Assembly: GCA_028023455.1 (NCBI GenBank)
Contig: JAQFVV010000004.1
Coordinates: 25,730,001-25,794,000, forward strand
From: Epiperipatus broadwayi
Lineage: Eukaryota; Animalia; Onychophora
Direction: 5' to 3'
DNA: 64,000 bases
Part shown: piece after piece, positions 63,749 to 64,000 of the stretch
Layout of the letters: each line of letters opens with the position of its first letter
Position numbering within the stretch: the first letter of the stretch is position 1
Translations under genes and position numbers: made by a program
Notes under the pieces: generated by a model
Told to the model about the DNA's origin: nothing
The model's input: the letters and a program-made list of their open reading frames with translations, nothing else
The model's database searches: none

Positions 63749-64000
63749 TAAATCTTAATATGATATTCATTATTGCTCTTTAAAATGAAGTGTTTGTAGT
63801 TAACTTTATTTTTTATTTAACAAACATTTATAAAAATCTTAATTATTAATTTGAAAATTAATTATTATAAATGGAAAATTTATATCATTTTTATAGAGTT
63901 TTATTTACTAATAGAAAATTTCACTTTTTTTTTTTTAAGAAAATATAGTGCAATAAATGCATACATTTTTATTCAAAATGGAAATTTTTTGTAGTCTTCA

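Noticed and set aside
1-64000. Most short ORFs in the supplied track as host genes
   Set aside because: They are low-complexity I/L/F/K/N-rich products expected by chance in AT-rich DNA, or they are antisense to or inside repeats. No consistent exon chain was found.

Overview
Very AT-rich, repeat-dense eukaryotic (metazoan-like) DNA with no host protein-coding gene that I can support. Nearly all ORFs in the track are either spurious or fragments of decayed retroelements. Recognisable content includes several decayed LINEs (RT and APE remnants, RTE-like 3' ends), one near full-length but broken Penelope-like element (PLE: RT + GIY-YIG endonuclease + pseudo-LTRs) at about 32.5-36.3 kb on the minus strand, a tRNA-derived SINE, a hAT MITE, foldback elements and a probable solo LTR. 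The dominant signal is a set of at least six sequence-distinct families of small non-coding elements that carry type I hammerhead ribozyme (HHR) motifs. The larger ones are built from 360-470 nt monomers arranged in tandem plus an inverted arm, and several are flanked by 13-17 bp target-site duplications (TSDs). They look like PLE pseudo-LTR-derived, retrozyme-like non-autonomous retroelements. All calls come from reading the sequence by eye. Boundaries of decayed elements are approximate and ribozyme activity is untested.
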